Notes under the pieces: model-generated
Databases searched by the model: none
The model's input: the letters and a program-made list of their open reading frames with translations, nothing else
What the model was told of the DNA's origin: nothing
Part shown: one piece after another, positions 1-13,089 of the stretch
Numbering within the stretch: the stretch's first letter is position 1
Layout: every line of letters begins with the position of its first letter
NCBI GenBank assembly: GCA_964016885.1
Contig: OZ024753.1
Span: 36,518,001-36,582,000, forward strand
Source of the DNA: Eledone cirrhosa
Lineage: Eukaryota
DNA length: 64,000 nucleotides
Direction: 5' to 3'
Translations under genes and position numbers: made by a program

Positions 1-291
1 AGGTTAACTTTGCCTTTCATCCTTACGGGGTCGATAAAATAAAGCACCAGTAATGCACTAGGGTCGATTTAATTGACTTCCCCTCTCCTAAAAAATTGTT
101 GGCCTTGTGCGGTGGATTGGCAGTATCGGTAGAGGGTCGGACGCCATGCTTTCCAGCATAGTTACGTCCCTTTACGATATGAGTTCAAATCCCGCTGAGG
201 TTGACTTTGCCTTTCATCCTTACGGGGTCGATAAAATAAAGTACCAGTAATGCACTGGGTAATTGCTGGCCTTGTGCCTAAAGTAGAAACA
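1..291 (+). mobile_element. Two tandem copies of tRNA-derived SINE family A (first cut by the window edge)
   Basis: Shares AGGTTAACTTTGCCTTTCATCCTTACGGGGTCGATAAAATAAAGTACCAG and GGCCTTGTGCC with more than 12 other copies in the window; B-box-like GAGTTCAAATCCC at about 181. Confidence 0.85.
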
Positions 292-376
292 ATTATTAAT
301 AAAGAAATTATTATTATTAATAAAGAAATAATTATGTATCTATTATATGTTTTTATTTCATTACTGAGATTGATAA

Positions 377-590
377 GGCCGGGGGATTGACCAAGTCATC
401 AAAGTGTCGGACAAAATAGTTCGAATCGTTTAGTTACGACCATATACGTACCGTGTTCAAATCCCGCCAGTATCAACTCACTTGTCGCCCTTCCGGGGAC
501 GATAAAATAAAGTACCAATCAAATACTGGGGTCGATATAACCAACATCCCCTCCACCTCAAAAACTGCTGGACTTGTGCCTAAGATATAA
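377..590 (+). mobile_element. Diverged SINE family A copy
   Basis: GTTCAAATCCCGCC, GATAAAATAAAGTACC and GGACTTGTGCC in family order. Confidence 0.7.
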
Positions 591-1519
591 ATTATATTAC
601 GTTATTATTCTATTACGTCTTCCAACCGACAGGCCGAGACCATACTGGGGCACCACCATTGCTGAGATTTATATTTTTATATAGAATTAACCCCGATATT
701 TTTAATGCATTTTTATTTATTTTATTCTATCTTTTGCTATTTTCCCATCATCTTCGGTTTTTTTCTATATATTTCTTCTAGCTGACTATTTCACATTAAT
801 CTTAGCTTTTTCTCTTTCTCATACTGACTCTCTCTCTCTCTTTCTCTCCCCCCCCCCTCTCTCTCTCCCTCTATCTATCTATCTATCTATCTATATATCA
901 ATCTTAGTCTTTCATTCATTCATTCTACAATCTGTAACACACACTCCCGTGTATTCAAATACCCTCTTTACATGCATACATAATCACACACATGTACACG
1001 TGCACAAGCATACACACACACACACACACACACACAACCACACACACACACATATATATATATATTCATACATAATAGCACACACATACCCCACGCACAC
1101 TCGCGTTCACAAGCACACACACACTTACGCATACGTGCATACATAATCCCACATACGTAATCAAACAGAGAGATTACGTTTGTTCCTCTCACCACTACCA
1201 CCACCACCACCACTCTAACCTCCTCCTCCCCTGTCTTATTCTCTTGAATTTTCTAGTATCAAATCTTTGTTTTACTTATTAAGTTATATTTGCTTGCATT
1301 AATATTTCTGTATCGTTTCTTGGATGATTTCTGGTGCCAAGGTCCTTACCAAAGCACTTCGTCAAACCAAAAAGGTCGAGGAAGGTTCTTCAGCCTTCTT
1401 GAACTTCAGATCACTGCCAAAATTTGATTAGGAAGTCAACAAGTTGGCACTTGGCAGAAAGAAGAGAAAATATCTTCCATTTTGATTTTATTTATTTATT
1501 TATTTATTTATCATTTTTG

Positions 1520-1853
<334 letters not shown>

Positions 1854-2432
1854 AATTTTTTTATTTTTGTAGGGAAGTGGGGTGATCGTCACAAACTTCG
1901 CGGTGAGATAAAGTACGATTCGATTTGGAATCAAATTTCTTATGATTTAACAAAGCTTTATTCACTCAACAAGAACAATTTGTAGACCAAACAACCCGTA
2001 ATTCCCTGATATTTTCCAAGCATATATTTAGAAACTATTTTATTCAATATGTATGTGTGTTACGCTGGAGAGAAATCTTATTACGAAACCCTGAGGGAAT
2101 TAAAAGCCGATGGTAATATTCCAAAATTCAAGAATTGTGGTAATAAGTCAATCATGAAGGCGAACGAAAATATATATTTAAAAAGAAAAAGAAGTGTTAA
2201 AAGCAATAACAAACAATAACAACAACAACTACAGAAAATGACAAACAACAATAACAACCTAGTAATATAATTGATTAACAAGAACAACAAAAAGCACATA
2301 AAAATATAACAAAAAACATTTTAAGGGGAGGCAATTGGAATTAGTCACAAAAAATAAGTAAATATTTTTAAAAACGAGGTTTATAGAGAAGAAATATATA
2401 TATATGTATGTGTGTGTGTGTGTGTGCGTGTA

Positions 2433-2527
<95 letters not shown>

Positions 2528-2589
2528 CATATATATGTATATAATATATATTAGGAAATAAAGAAAGATAGAGAAAGTTTGACTGTGAT

Positions 2590-2830
2590 AATTAATGAAA
2601 GATGTTTGGAATTTGAGTGAAATAAGGAGAACAGTGTAATGGGAGGGGTGAGAGGAATGGTGATTGTTGTAGTGGTGATGAAGATTTCGAACAGGGAAAA
2701 ATGGCGGCTAACTGCATTGACAAAATTATTAACAAAAAGAACACGTGCCAATGGTGGATCTCCTACGTTGCCACTCAATATGTAAGAAATACCAGCCAAA
2801 TCAATCAGAAAAAGAAAGGACACTTTTGGA
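2590..2830 (-). mobile_element. Possible degenerate Penelope-like GIY-YIG fragment
   Basis: Translation YILSGNVGDPPLARVLF...AVSRHFS loosely resembles the YIGxTGRxL...VSRHF region; a hammerhead motif lies about 200 bp away. Weak similarity. Confidence 0.3.
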
Positions 2831-2838
2831 CAATGTAG

Positions 2839-2876
<38 letters not shown>

Positions 2877-2910
2877 GGCTGGAACAGGTAAAAGAGTTAA
2901 AGAGTATAAA

Positions 2911-2946
<36 letters not shown>

Positions 2947-3027
2947 GCTTCTCAAAAATGGCTGACTAAATACACACGTAATTTTTCTCAAAATTTTGTT
3001 TTTTCGTTCCTTCCTCTTCTCATTCTA

Positions 3028-3063
3028 ACTTCTGATGAAAGACTAGTTTCCGAAACGTAAAGT
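3028..3063 (+). ncRNA. Minimal type I hammerhead ribozyme motif
   Basis: ACTT-CTGATGA-(weak stem II)-GAA-ACGT-A-AAGT: stem I ACTT/AAGT, palindromic ACGT stem III. Confidence 0.65.
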
Positions 3064-3167
3064 CTCTTTTCCTACTATATCAAGAGTTAATCTAATCGAT
3101 TGTCGTTATTGTTGATAGATGTTTGTGCCAGCAACTCCTAGTGGAATCACAGGAGCACCGAAACAGG

Positions 3168-3252
3168 ATTTGAACTCAGAGAGTAGAGATCCAGAACGAA
3201 AATCGCAAAGGATTCTATCCGACGTTCTAACGACTCTAACAATTCGTCGCCA
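3168..3252 (-). mobile_element. SINE head fragment
   Basis: Reverse complement reads GGCGACGAATTGTTAGAGTCGTTAGAACGTCGG...CTGAGTTCAAATCC. Confidence 0.6.
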
Positions 3253-3557
3253 TATTGTTGATGGCACCTGTCCACTAATAAATAAAATATTACAATAAAA
3301 TACAACTTTCTTATCTCTCTCTCTATATATATAAATATATATACATATATATATAGAAAGATTTGAATGGATACAGTTTAGTTGAAAGGAATTTATTGAC
3401 ACGTGTTTCTATAACAGTTACATAACCTAAAACAGCTATCTACAAACTTTTAGTTATGCAGACATTCAATATTTCAATGTTATTATTTACTGTCATTTCA
3501 TATGTATACATATATATATATATATATATAGTGGTGAACTAACTGTTGTGTAACCAC

Positions 3558-3617
<60 letters not shown>

Positions 3618-3639
3618 CGTATTTGACAGCTTATAAGAC

Positions 3640-3990
3640 ACCACCAACAACAAAAACAACAACGCCACCACCACTACCACTATCACCACCACTACCACTA
3701 TCATCACCACCAACACCACCACTACCACTATCACCACCACCAACACCACCACTACCACTATCACCACCACCAACACCACCACTACCACTATCAACACCAC
3801 TAACACCACGACTACCACTATCACTACCACCAACACCATCACTACCACTATCACCACCACCAACACCACCACTATCACCACCACCAACACCATCACCACC
3901 ACTATCACCACCACCAACACCACCACTACCACTATCACCGCCACCAACACCACAAACATCACCACTATCATCAACAATACCACCACCACC
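3640..3990. repeat. (ACC/ACT)n compound repeat with about 33-bp higher-order unit
   Basis: CCACCAACACCACCACTACCACTATCA repeated. Confidence 0.9.
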
Positions 3991-4175
3991 TCCTTCGCCA
4001 GTGAGGCCGACATCAACCAGTATATCCCGAAATTTATAGGCACGTGGTGGTCATTGAAAAAGATTTCTTTGCGCATGTCCGCTTGTATAATGAGACATGT
4101 AATATGGCGTGACTGATGACACATTGTTAATGTGAGGGTACGGGGAGGGAGAATTAGAGAAAGTATGGGAGTAGA

Positions 4176-4233
<58 letters not shown>

Positions 4234-4297
4234 GGGGTGTAATAGTAGGGAGAACTTATGTAGAAGAATTATGGTAATTTATAGTTAGCGAACTGCT

Positions 4298-4690
4298 TGT
4301 TGTTGTTGTTGTTGTTGTTGTTATGATTGCTGATGTTGTTGTTATGATTCCTGCTGTTGTTGTTGTTGTTGTTGTTATGATTGCTGATGTTGTTGTTATG
4401 ATTCCTGCTGTTGTTGTTGTTGTTGTTGTTATGATTCCTGCTGCTGCTGTTGTTGTTGTTGTTGTTATGATTCCTGTTGTTGTTGTTGTTGTTGTTATGA
4501 TTCCTGCTGCTGCTGTTGTTGTTGTTGTTGTTATGATTCCTGCTGCTGTTGTTTTTTCTGTTGTTACTATCATTATTGTTGTTGTTGCTGTTGTTCGTGT
4601 TGTTGTTTTGATATTTCTATTGCTGTTATTTTTGTTGTTGTTGTTGTTGTTGTTGTTATTGCTGTTGTTGTTGTTTTTGCTGTTTTTTTT
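4298..4690. repeat. (GTT)n compound repeat
   Basis: GTT runs punctuated by ATGATTCCTGCT. Confidence 0.9.
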
Positions 4691-4810
4691 GTTGAATCAA
4701 ACTGACGCCTATGTACTTCTTTTTTTCACGTTTGGTACTTATTTATCGATCTCGTTTTGTCGAACCGCTATGCTGGGAGACATAAACTAACAGTAAACGT
4801 AAACACCGAT
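4690..4810 (-). mobile_element. Diverged SINE fragment; related 3' ends at 2873-2910 (+) and 17753-17805 (-)
   Basis: GGTACTTATTTATCGATCTCGTTTTGTCGAACCGCTA motif; the related tails end in GGTAAAAGAG. Confidence 0.5.
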
Positions 4811-4890
4811 AATCACACATATACACACACAAAAGAATATATATATATATATATGTATAACTCTGTGTGAGTATGTGTACAAGTTTATAT

Positions 4891-4928
<38 letters not shown>

Positions 4929-5096
4929 GAGGGGGGGGGGTCAGCTGCACTCTTGTGTGTGCGGGTACATCTGCAACTGCACTTCTATGTTGATAAAGGA
5001 GAAAATGAATGATGAAAGAGAGAGATAGGGGGGGGTAGATTCTGACAATAGAGAAATACACTTACTGATACACAAGCACAGTGATATATTAAACTC

Positions 5097-5132
<36 letters not shown>

Positions 5133-5404
5133 ATATATGTGTGTGTGTAAGTATGTGATATATATATATATATGTGTGTGTGTAATGTATATCATTATTA
5201 TCATCGTCATCATTAATCAACGACCAACTTCACAACTCACCTCTTTGGCGACATACATGTGTTTGCATACTAATGTATCCGAATGTGTAAATGTATATAT
5301 ATATATATATAATATGTATATATATATATATGTGTGTGTATGTATATATTCCCCTATTTTTTGGCATCCCTGTGTTTGCTTTGTTTCCTTAATTAATGAA
5401 TTAT

Positions 5405-5465
<61 letters not shown>

Positions 5466-5468
<3 letters not shown>

Positions 5469-5761
5469 TTGTACTGCCTCTCTGTTTTGTCCCTGTTCAA
5501 ATTTTTCCATTATATACAATACACGCTCACACAGCTTCCATTCCTTGGAACATAACTTAACTACCGGCTCAACCCCGATCTAATCCGCCGTGACCTTTCT
5601 CCGAACTTTAACTCTGTTCCACACACACTTCTCACCTGAGGAAGGGCTTATGCCCGAAACGTCGTCCCCCACCAACACCCCACTCTCCAGAGCGTGAAAT
5701 TAATAAACATTCGTTGTACTGCCTCTCTGTTTTGTCCCTGTTCAAATTTGTCCATTATATA
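5466..5761 (+). mobile_element. Retrozyme-like or Penelope pLTR unit (245-bp period) with 51-bp terminal direct repeats
   Basis: 5466-5516 matches 5711-5761 with one mismatch; flanked by (TA)n; contains a hammerhead. Confidence 0.7.
5634..5665 (+). ncRNA. Minimal hammerhead ribozyme motif
   Basis: AC-CTGAGGA-A-GGGC-TTAT-GCCC-GAA-ACGT-C-GT: perfect stem II, palindromic stem III, GUC site; stem I is only 2 bp locally. Confidence 0.8.
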
Positions 5762-5923
5762 TATATATATATGTGTGTGTGTGTAATGTTTGTGTACATG
5801 TATGTATATATACGTCTGTAAAACTGTGTTGATAGTCTTTGCAATCGTACGTGACTAATTTCAATGTCAAATGTCATTTGTGTCTCTCGACCATGATTTG
5901 ACCTGCACCCTTGAAAGTTCTGA

Positions 5924-6228
5924 TTGTTGTGCTGCTGATTAACAAGCGGAACCTCTTGTTTGTTGTGCCGCTGATTACCAAGTAGAACCCCTTTTTTGTT
6001 ATACTGTTGCTTAATAACAAGAATGCTTTGCTTGTGTTGCTAATTCACAACTAGAATGACTCGATTGTTTCGCCGGCTAGCTAACAACTGGAATGACGTT
6101 TTCGTTGTCCTGCTGCTTACCAACTAGAAAGGTTTGTTTGCTGTACTATTGGTTAACAATTAGAGCATCTTGCTTGTTGTACTGCTAGCTAACCACTAGG
6201 AGGTCTTTGTGCTACAGGTTAACAAATG
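5924..6228. repeat. Old degenerate minisatellite, about 36 bp, about 9 units
   Basis: TTGTTGTGCTGCTGATTAACAA-like starts at about 5924, 5960, 5996, 6032, 6065, 6103, 6138, 6174 and 6207. Confidence 0.75.
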
Positions 6229-6234
6229 TCATAT

Positions 6235-6490
6235 AGTTTGGGGCCTCAGCAGATAAAAGTCCGTCCTTGATTCCCAGGAAGATTCAATGTGATATAGTGT
6301 ATGACAAGTCTGACAATTGAATTACAGGTACAGACAATTCGACGAGTTTCTAAACACTTTCCATCTACTTTACTCACAAGGCATATATCGACTCAAATTT
6401 ATCGTAAAGGTCATTGGACCAAGACATCATGCAGTTTCATTGAACCTCGGTCTAATGATTTCATAACGAACTTTTTAAACATTTGGTTAG
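6235..6490 (-). mobile_element. Diverged SINE
   Basis: Reverse complement TACCTGTAATTCA...CTTGTCATACACTATATCACATTGAATCTTCCTGGGAA resembles a cephalopod SINE body (recalled, not aligned). Confidence 0.45.
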
Positions 6491-6717
6491 GCTACATTAC
6501 ATCCACTTCCGACTAGAATATAGTCCTAGAATATGAAGGAAATGCTGAGAGATATTGGACATTTCATTTAACAAGCAACGAAATATTTATATATAACTAA
6601 TTTGTGAAAGAATGGGTCACAAACTCAGGAAGGGTGGGTCACCAAATGCAGCTTCAATATCCGCCAGTGGGTTTTGTGTAATCACAAATTTTTTGATCAT
6701 GTTTAATATCTTTATAA

Positions 6718-6762
<45 letters not shown>

Positions 6763-6824
6763 AAAAGAGTCACCTGGTTCCTTACCACGCTTCCTTCGTT
6801 GTATATATATATATAATATATATA

Positions 6825-6906
<82 letters not shown>

Positions 6907-7006
6907 AGAGTCACCTGGTTCCTTACCACGCTTCCTTCGTTGTATATATATATATATATATTTATATGAATGTGTGTGTGAGTATCTGTGTTTGTGTCAC
7001 TATATG

Positions 7007-7051
<45 letters not shown>

Positions 7052-7348
7052 GTGTGTGTGTATATATATATATATATATGCATACATGCATACACAGACA
7101 TACACACTCGTGCATACAAAAGAAAATGTTTAACTGTCCACCGTTCAGCCGCTTAAGATATTCATGTGAAAACAAAAGCAAAAACAAAAACAACTCCAAT
7201 ACGAGACAAATACAAAACAAAAGAGGAAAAACTTCTCTCTTAATATTCATAATGTTATTAACAATATGGCTTCTGCATGAATTAACCACCAACACTACTA
7301 CCACTACTATCATCACTACTGGTGCCACTATACGCTATATATATATAT

Positions 7349-7390
<42 letters not shown>

Positions 7391-7513
7391 GTATATATAT
7401 ATATACACATATATATGTGTGTGTGTGTGTGTGTGTGCATATATATATATATGTTAATATATATATATATATATATGCATACATACATATATATGTATAT
7501 ATATATATGTATG

Positions 7514-7553
<40 letters not shown>

Positions 7554-7562
7554 TATACATAC

Positions 7563-7594
<32 letters not shown>

Positions 7595-7644
7595 GTATGC
7601 ATGTATATATATATATGTGTATATATATAAATATACATATATAT

Positions 7645-7716
<72 letters not shown>

Positions 7717-8319
7717 TTTATATATATATAATTCCTAAGAGGGGTGGTGAGTGATCTCTCAACTTCTCCAGCCTCCGTAGTCACACACACTATACACACT
7801 ATACACACCATACACACCATACACACCATACACACCATACACACCATACACACGTTGTATGAACTGTCGCAAACGTTTGACAAATGGAGCGTGTAACAGT
7901 TAAAGTCGTATTTATTATAGGTGGCTTTTATTGACTGAGAAGTGTAAGGGAAGTAATGGGAGAGGTGCAGCCGTTGAAAAGGAGAAACATTCGTCGACTT
8001 ACTTCACAGTGATGCTCATCTGATAACAAATAACAATGTAACATAACAGCTATGAATACTACAATAACAACAGCAGCGAGAACTAACGAGAGGGAGAGAG
8101 AGGGCGAAAGAGAGAGAGAGTGAGGGCGAAAGAGAGAGAGAGTGTGAGTGAGAGACAGAGAATGAGAGAGAGAAAGCGAGAGAGACAGACAGAGAATGAG
8201 AGAGAAAATGAAAGAGAAAGCGATGGATAGAGAGGGAAAAAGAGTGAGGCGGAGATGAGAGAGAGAGAGAGAGAGGAAGGGAGAGATAGATAGATAGAGA
8301 GAAAAAGAGAGGAAGGGAG

Positions 8320-8358
<39 letters not shown>

Positions 8359-8625
8359 ATGGGAGACAGAGTGAGAGAGAGAAAGAGATGAAGAGACAGA
8401 GAGATGTAGAAAAAGGGTGAGAGTGAAAGAGAAAGAGAGGGGAAAAGAGTAAGGCGGAGAGAAAGCGAGAGAAATAGAACGAGACTAAGAGAAAGAGAGG
8501 GACAAAAAGGAGTGAGATGGGGAAGGATGAAGATAAGCTCTCCTACGTGGTCACCTTTGAGCAGCTAGAAATAATAACAATAATCCCCTCAAACTCCACA
8601 CACTATCGACTAGATATTATAAGAT

Positions 8626-9226
8626 TAGCGTTTCTCAACATTTTTACCATTGTGGAACCCTTAAAATAGTTTCCATGTCTCAGGGAACCCCTGCATAATA
8701 ATAATAATTGTTTCTACTTTTGGCACAAGGCCAGCAAATACCCAGTACATTACTGGTACTTTATTTTATTGACCCCGTAAGGATGAAAGGCAAAGTTAAC
8801 CTCGACGGGATTTGAACTCAGACCGTAAAGGGACGTAACTATGCTGGAAAGCATGGTGTCCGACCCTCTACCGATACTGCCAATACCATTATTAATATCT
8901 ATCTATTATATCGACCTAGTTTTAAATAATATAAGAGGCTGAAGCTTTTATTATAATTGTTTCTACTTTAGGCACAAGGCCAGCAATTATCCAGTGCATT
9001 ACTGGTACTTTATTTTATCGACCCCGTAAGGATGAAAGGCAAAGTCAACCTCGGCGGGATTTGAACTCTTTTATTATAATAACCAAAGATTTTCCAACAA
9101 TATATCGTACGTCTATAGAAATATTACTCAAAAATGCCTTAGCTTTTTTTATCAATTTCTTGCAAAATACCTAGCGACCTCATGCGGAACCGTAGAGTTC
9201 CGAGGAACACAGGTGGAGAAACGCGG
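8626..9226. mobile_element. hAT-like MITE with two nested SINE A insertions
   Basis: Imperfect TIRs TAGCGTTTCTCAAC / GTGGAGAAACGCGG; internal GGAACC motifs; 8-bp flanks TATAAGAT / CATTAGAT resemble a decayed TSD. Confidence 0.55.
8706..9068 (-). mobile_element. Two SINE family A copies (8706-8889 and 8956-9068)
   Basis: Reverse complement of family A motifs. Confidence 0.85.
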
Positions 9227-9239
9227 CATTAGATAATGC

Positions 9240-9552
9240 AGTTTTGATTGTACTGGAATAGGGAGACTCTACGTGGTCACATTTGAAGTGCTAGATGTAA
9301 CAACGCACATCTCCCTCAAATCTCCCACTAGTGTCTTAAGAGACACATTAGACAATACTTATTCGGTTGTACTGGAATTGGAAGGGAAGCGATACGTAGT
9401 CACATTTGAAGTTCTAGAAATAGCAACCCATAATCTTCCTCAAATCTCACACTAGCCTTTTAGTAGATACATTAGGTTAAACAGATTTTGCTTGTACTGC
9501 GAGAGCCGACGACAGTTGTCACTTGTGAACTGCTAGGAACAGCCACCCAAAT
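9240..9552. repeat. Degenerate tandem repeat of about 120 bp, continuing 8535-8620 across the MITE
   Basis: GTCACATTTGAAG..CTAGA...CCTCAAATCTC recurs at about 8550, 9276, 9398 and 9517. Confidence 0.6.
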
Positions 9553-9559
9553 TTAACCC

Positions 9560-10004
9560 TTCTTTATCATCACCATCATCATTAAGGCCACCACATCTTT
9601 ATACCAGAAACACACGCTCCAAATAACATCGTCATCAACGGAAAACAAGCAATAATTCATTATATACCGCCATAAAAATAGATCCGTGGAACACAACAAA
9701 AGAACGCTAAAGAGACAGACGTTGTTGAATTAATATATTCACTACATATGTCTGGGTGGCTGTCCAGAAGAGAGAGCCAGCGTCCATTTCATTTTCCTTC
9801 CCGTCTGCTCAGAGATTCTTTGCTTCATTTAAACCCTATTCTATCAATCTTTAAACTATATATTTATGGTGTTTCTGCCATCTTCCACCATTTTTCTATA
9901 TTTCTCCACGTCTAATCTCCTGTCTCGTGAATCTTTCACTGGTATCTCTCTGTCTAACACTCCTGAAAAATACGATGAGCAAACCTGATCTCGATCGTAT
10001 TTGA
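9560..10004 (+). mobile_element. Probable Penelope-like fragment ending in a decayed hammerhead, cut by a SINE
   Basis: CTGAAAA-ATACGAT...ATCGTAT-TT-GAA at about 9963-10005; a minus-strand SINE head follows. Confidence 0.35.
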
Positions 10005-10334
10005 ACTCAGAGAGCCGGGGCTGGAATATATACCGAGGAATTTAATCCGGGACTCTTAACGACTTTGCCAATTCGCTGCCTAAAGTAGCAATAAAACAGC
10101 TGTGTTATAAACAGGCAAATGATATTGTTTATTTCATATATTATTACTTTGTTTGTACCATCCAGCCTCTGATGTTTGGAACAATGCATAGCGCCATACT
10201 TCTTCGTGACTACTGACACTTGGCAACGGGCTGACACGTGACTGGAGGCTGCTAACATAAAATCTAGATTTCCAGTTGGATTTCAATTGATTTTGAGTGA
10301 TCTCTTTTATATTCATATCAAAAATAAACAAAAC

Positions 10335-10428
<94 letters not shown>

Positions 10429-10583
10429 CATACACATTTATATATATATATATATATATTTATATATACATTTATATATATATACATTTATATATAAATG
10501 TATATATATATATATATATATACATTTATATATATATATATACATTTATATATATACACATTTATACATATATATATATAAAC

Positions 10584-10616
<33 letters not shown>

Positions 10617-10664
10617 TATATATATATACATTTATATATATACACATTTATACATATATATATA

Positions 10665-10728
<64 letters not shown>

Positions 10729-10823
10729 CATTTATATATATACACATTTATACATATATATATAAACTATATATATATATATATCTACATTTATATATAT
10801 ACACATTTATACATATATATATA

Positions 10824-10869
<46 letters not shown>

Positions 10870-10907
10870 TATACATTTATATATATACACATTTATACAT
10901 ATATATA

Positions 10908-10967
<60 letters not shown>

Positions 10968-10998
10968 TTATATATATACACATTTATACATATATATA

Positions 10999-11042
<44 letters not shown>

Positions 11043-11081
11043 TAGTTTATATTAAATTTCATACACTTAACATGTATGTGC

Positions 11082-11160
11082 GACCTTAGGTTTCGGGGAG
11101 CAGTTACAGCCACCTCTGTCTAGTGGAAAAACCGTCCTAGAACTGGCCCCTCTCGTCAGG
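11082..11160 (-). ncRNA. Hammerhead ribozyme motif inside a fold-back
   Basis: Reverse complement: CTGACGA-GA-GGGGCCAGTT...AACTGCTCCCC-GAA-ACC-TAA-GGT-C; 49-bp inverted arms at 11043-11091 and 11161-11209. Confidence 0.75.
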
Positions 11161-11469
11161 ACCTAAGGTTGCACATACATGTTAAGTATATGAAATTTAA
11201 TATAAACTAAACAAGCTCTATTGTACTAGATTGAGCCTTGGTTTCCTTGACCTTTTATCTACAACGTTGTAACTGACATCTCCATTAATCCAACACCGTG
11301 GGTCAATGTATAAAAAGTGAAGCTGGCTATGGTGGGATTTGAACTCAGATTAAGAGTACAAACACTGCAGAGACTGGAGACTGGAGACTGGTGGTTCCAA
11401 GATATTACAAGTTTTAGCCGGATCACAGTTTATAGCAAACTTGTATATAAAGTAAAAGAAATCTATCTA

Positions 11470-11538
<69 letters not shown>

Positions 11539-11570
11539 ATATATATATGTATATATATATATGTATATAT

Positions 11571-11702
<132 letters not shown>

Positions 11703-11711
11703 GTATATGTA

Positions 11712-11784
<73 letters not shown>

Positions 11785-11818
11785 GTGTATATATATATGT
11801 ATATATATATATGTATAT

Positions 11819-11880
<62 letters not shown>

Positions 11881-11909
11881 TTATATATATATGTGTATAT
11901 ATATATAAG

Positions 11910-11951
<42 letters not shown>

Positions 11952-12019
11952 TATATAAGTAAAAGTAAATAAAATGTGAGTGAAATGATAGAGAAGAAAG
12001 GGAACAGGGGGGATAGTCA

Positions 12020-12899
12020 GAGAGAAACAGTGTGTGTGAGAGAGAGAGAGAGAGAGTGTGTGTGTGTGAGAGAGAGAGTAAGAGAGAGAGGTAGATAGAA
12101 AGAGAGAGAGAGAGGGGAGTAGAAAGAAAGGTGAGTGTAAAAATGAGGGAGAGACTGTAAATACAGAAGAGAAAGGATAGGAGTAATATGGAAGTAAATA
12201 ATAGGAAAGACTGAGAGAGAGGAGGAGAGAGAGGAGAGAATGAAGAGGCGGTGAGGGGAACAATATAGGAGGGAGGAGGGGGGAAGTGGGGAATATAGGA
12301 GGGGTGGGGAAGAAGTAAAAATAAAGGGACATGGAGAATATATAGAAAGACAGAGAGGGGGAGTGACCAAACAGACAGTAATGGGATAGAGTGAGAGAAA
12401 GAGAGAGTGGGGGAGTGAGAGAGAGATTGCGGGAGAGAGAGATTGAGGGAGAGAGAGAGAGAAAGAGAGACTGAGAGATTGGGGGAGAGAGAGAGAGAGA
12501 TTGGGAGATTGGGAGAGAGTGAGCAACCAAACAGACAGTAAGGGGACAGACAGAAAGAGAGAGTGAGAGATTGGGGGAGTGAGAGAGAGATTGGGGGAGA
12601 GAGAGAGAGAAAGAGAGAGTGAGAGATTGGGGGAGAGAGAGAGATTGGGAGAGAGTGAGCAACCAAACAGACAGTAAGGGGACAGAGAGAGAGATTGGGG
12701 GGAGAGATAGAGAGAGAGCAAACAAACAGACAGTAAGGGGACAGAGAGAGAGAGAGAGATTGGGGGAGAGAGATAGGAAGATACAGAGGCAGACTGTGAG
12801 AGATAGATAGAGGGAGAGAGAGAGCGATAGAAAGATATAGAGAGAGATAAAGAGAGAGAGAGAGAGGGAGAGAGATAAAGAGAGAGTGTGGAGAGAGAT

Positions 12900-12960
<61 letters not shown>
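12020..12960. repeat. (AG)n-rich purine tract with repeated GAGATTGGGGGAGAG and CAAACAGACAGTAAGGGGAC units
   Basis: Directly visible. Confidence 0.9.
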
Positions 12961-13089
12961 AATGTAAGGTTAGTGTGATGGTGGGGGAGTAAAGAGAAGA
13001 AATGTGAAGAGATGAGAATTAAAGAGAAATAAGTAGAAGACAGCAATAAGACTGACAAGACACTAAAATACTGCAGAAAGGTACTAAAT

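Noticed and set aside
1324-1431. 35-aa sORF MISGAKVLTKALRQ, or a minus-strand exon ending at GTAAGG
   Set aside because: Too short to support; the candidate minus-strand exon has stops in all three frames.
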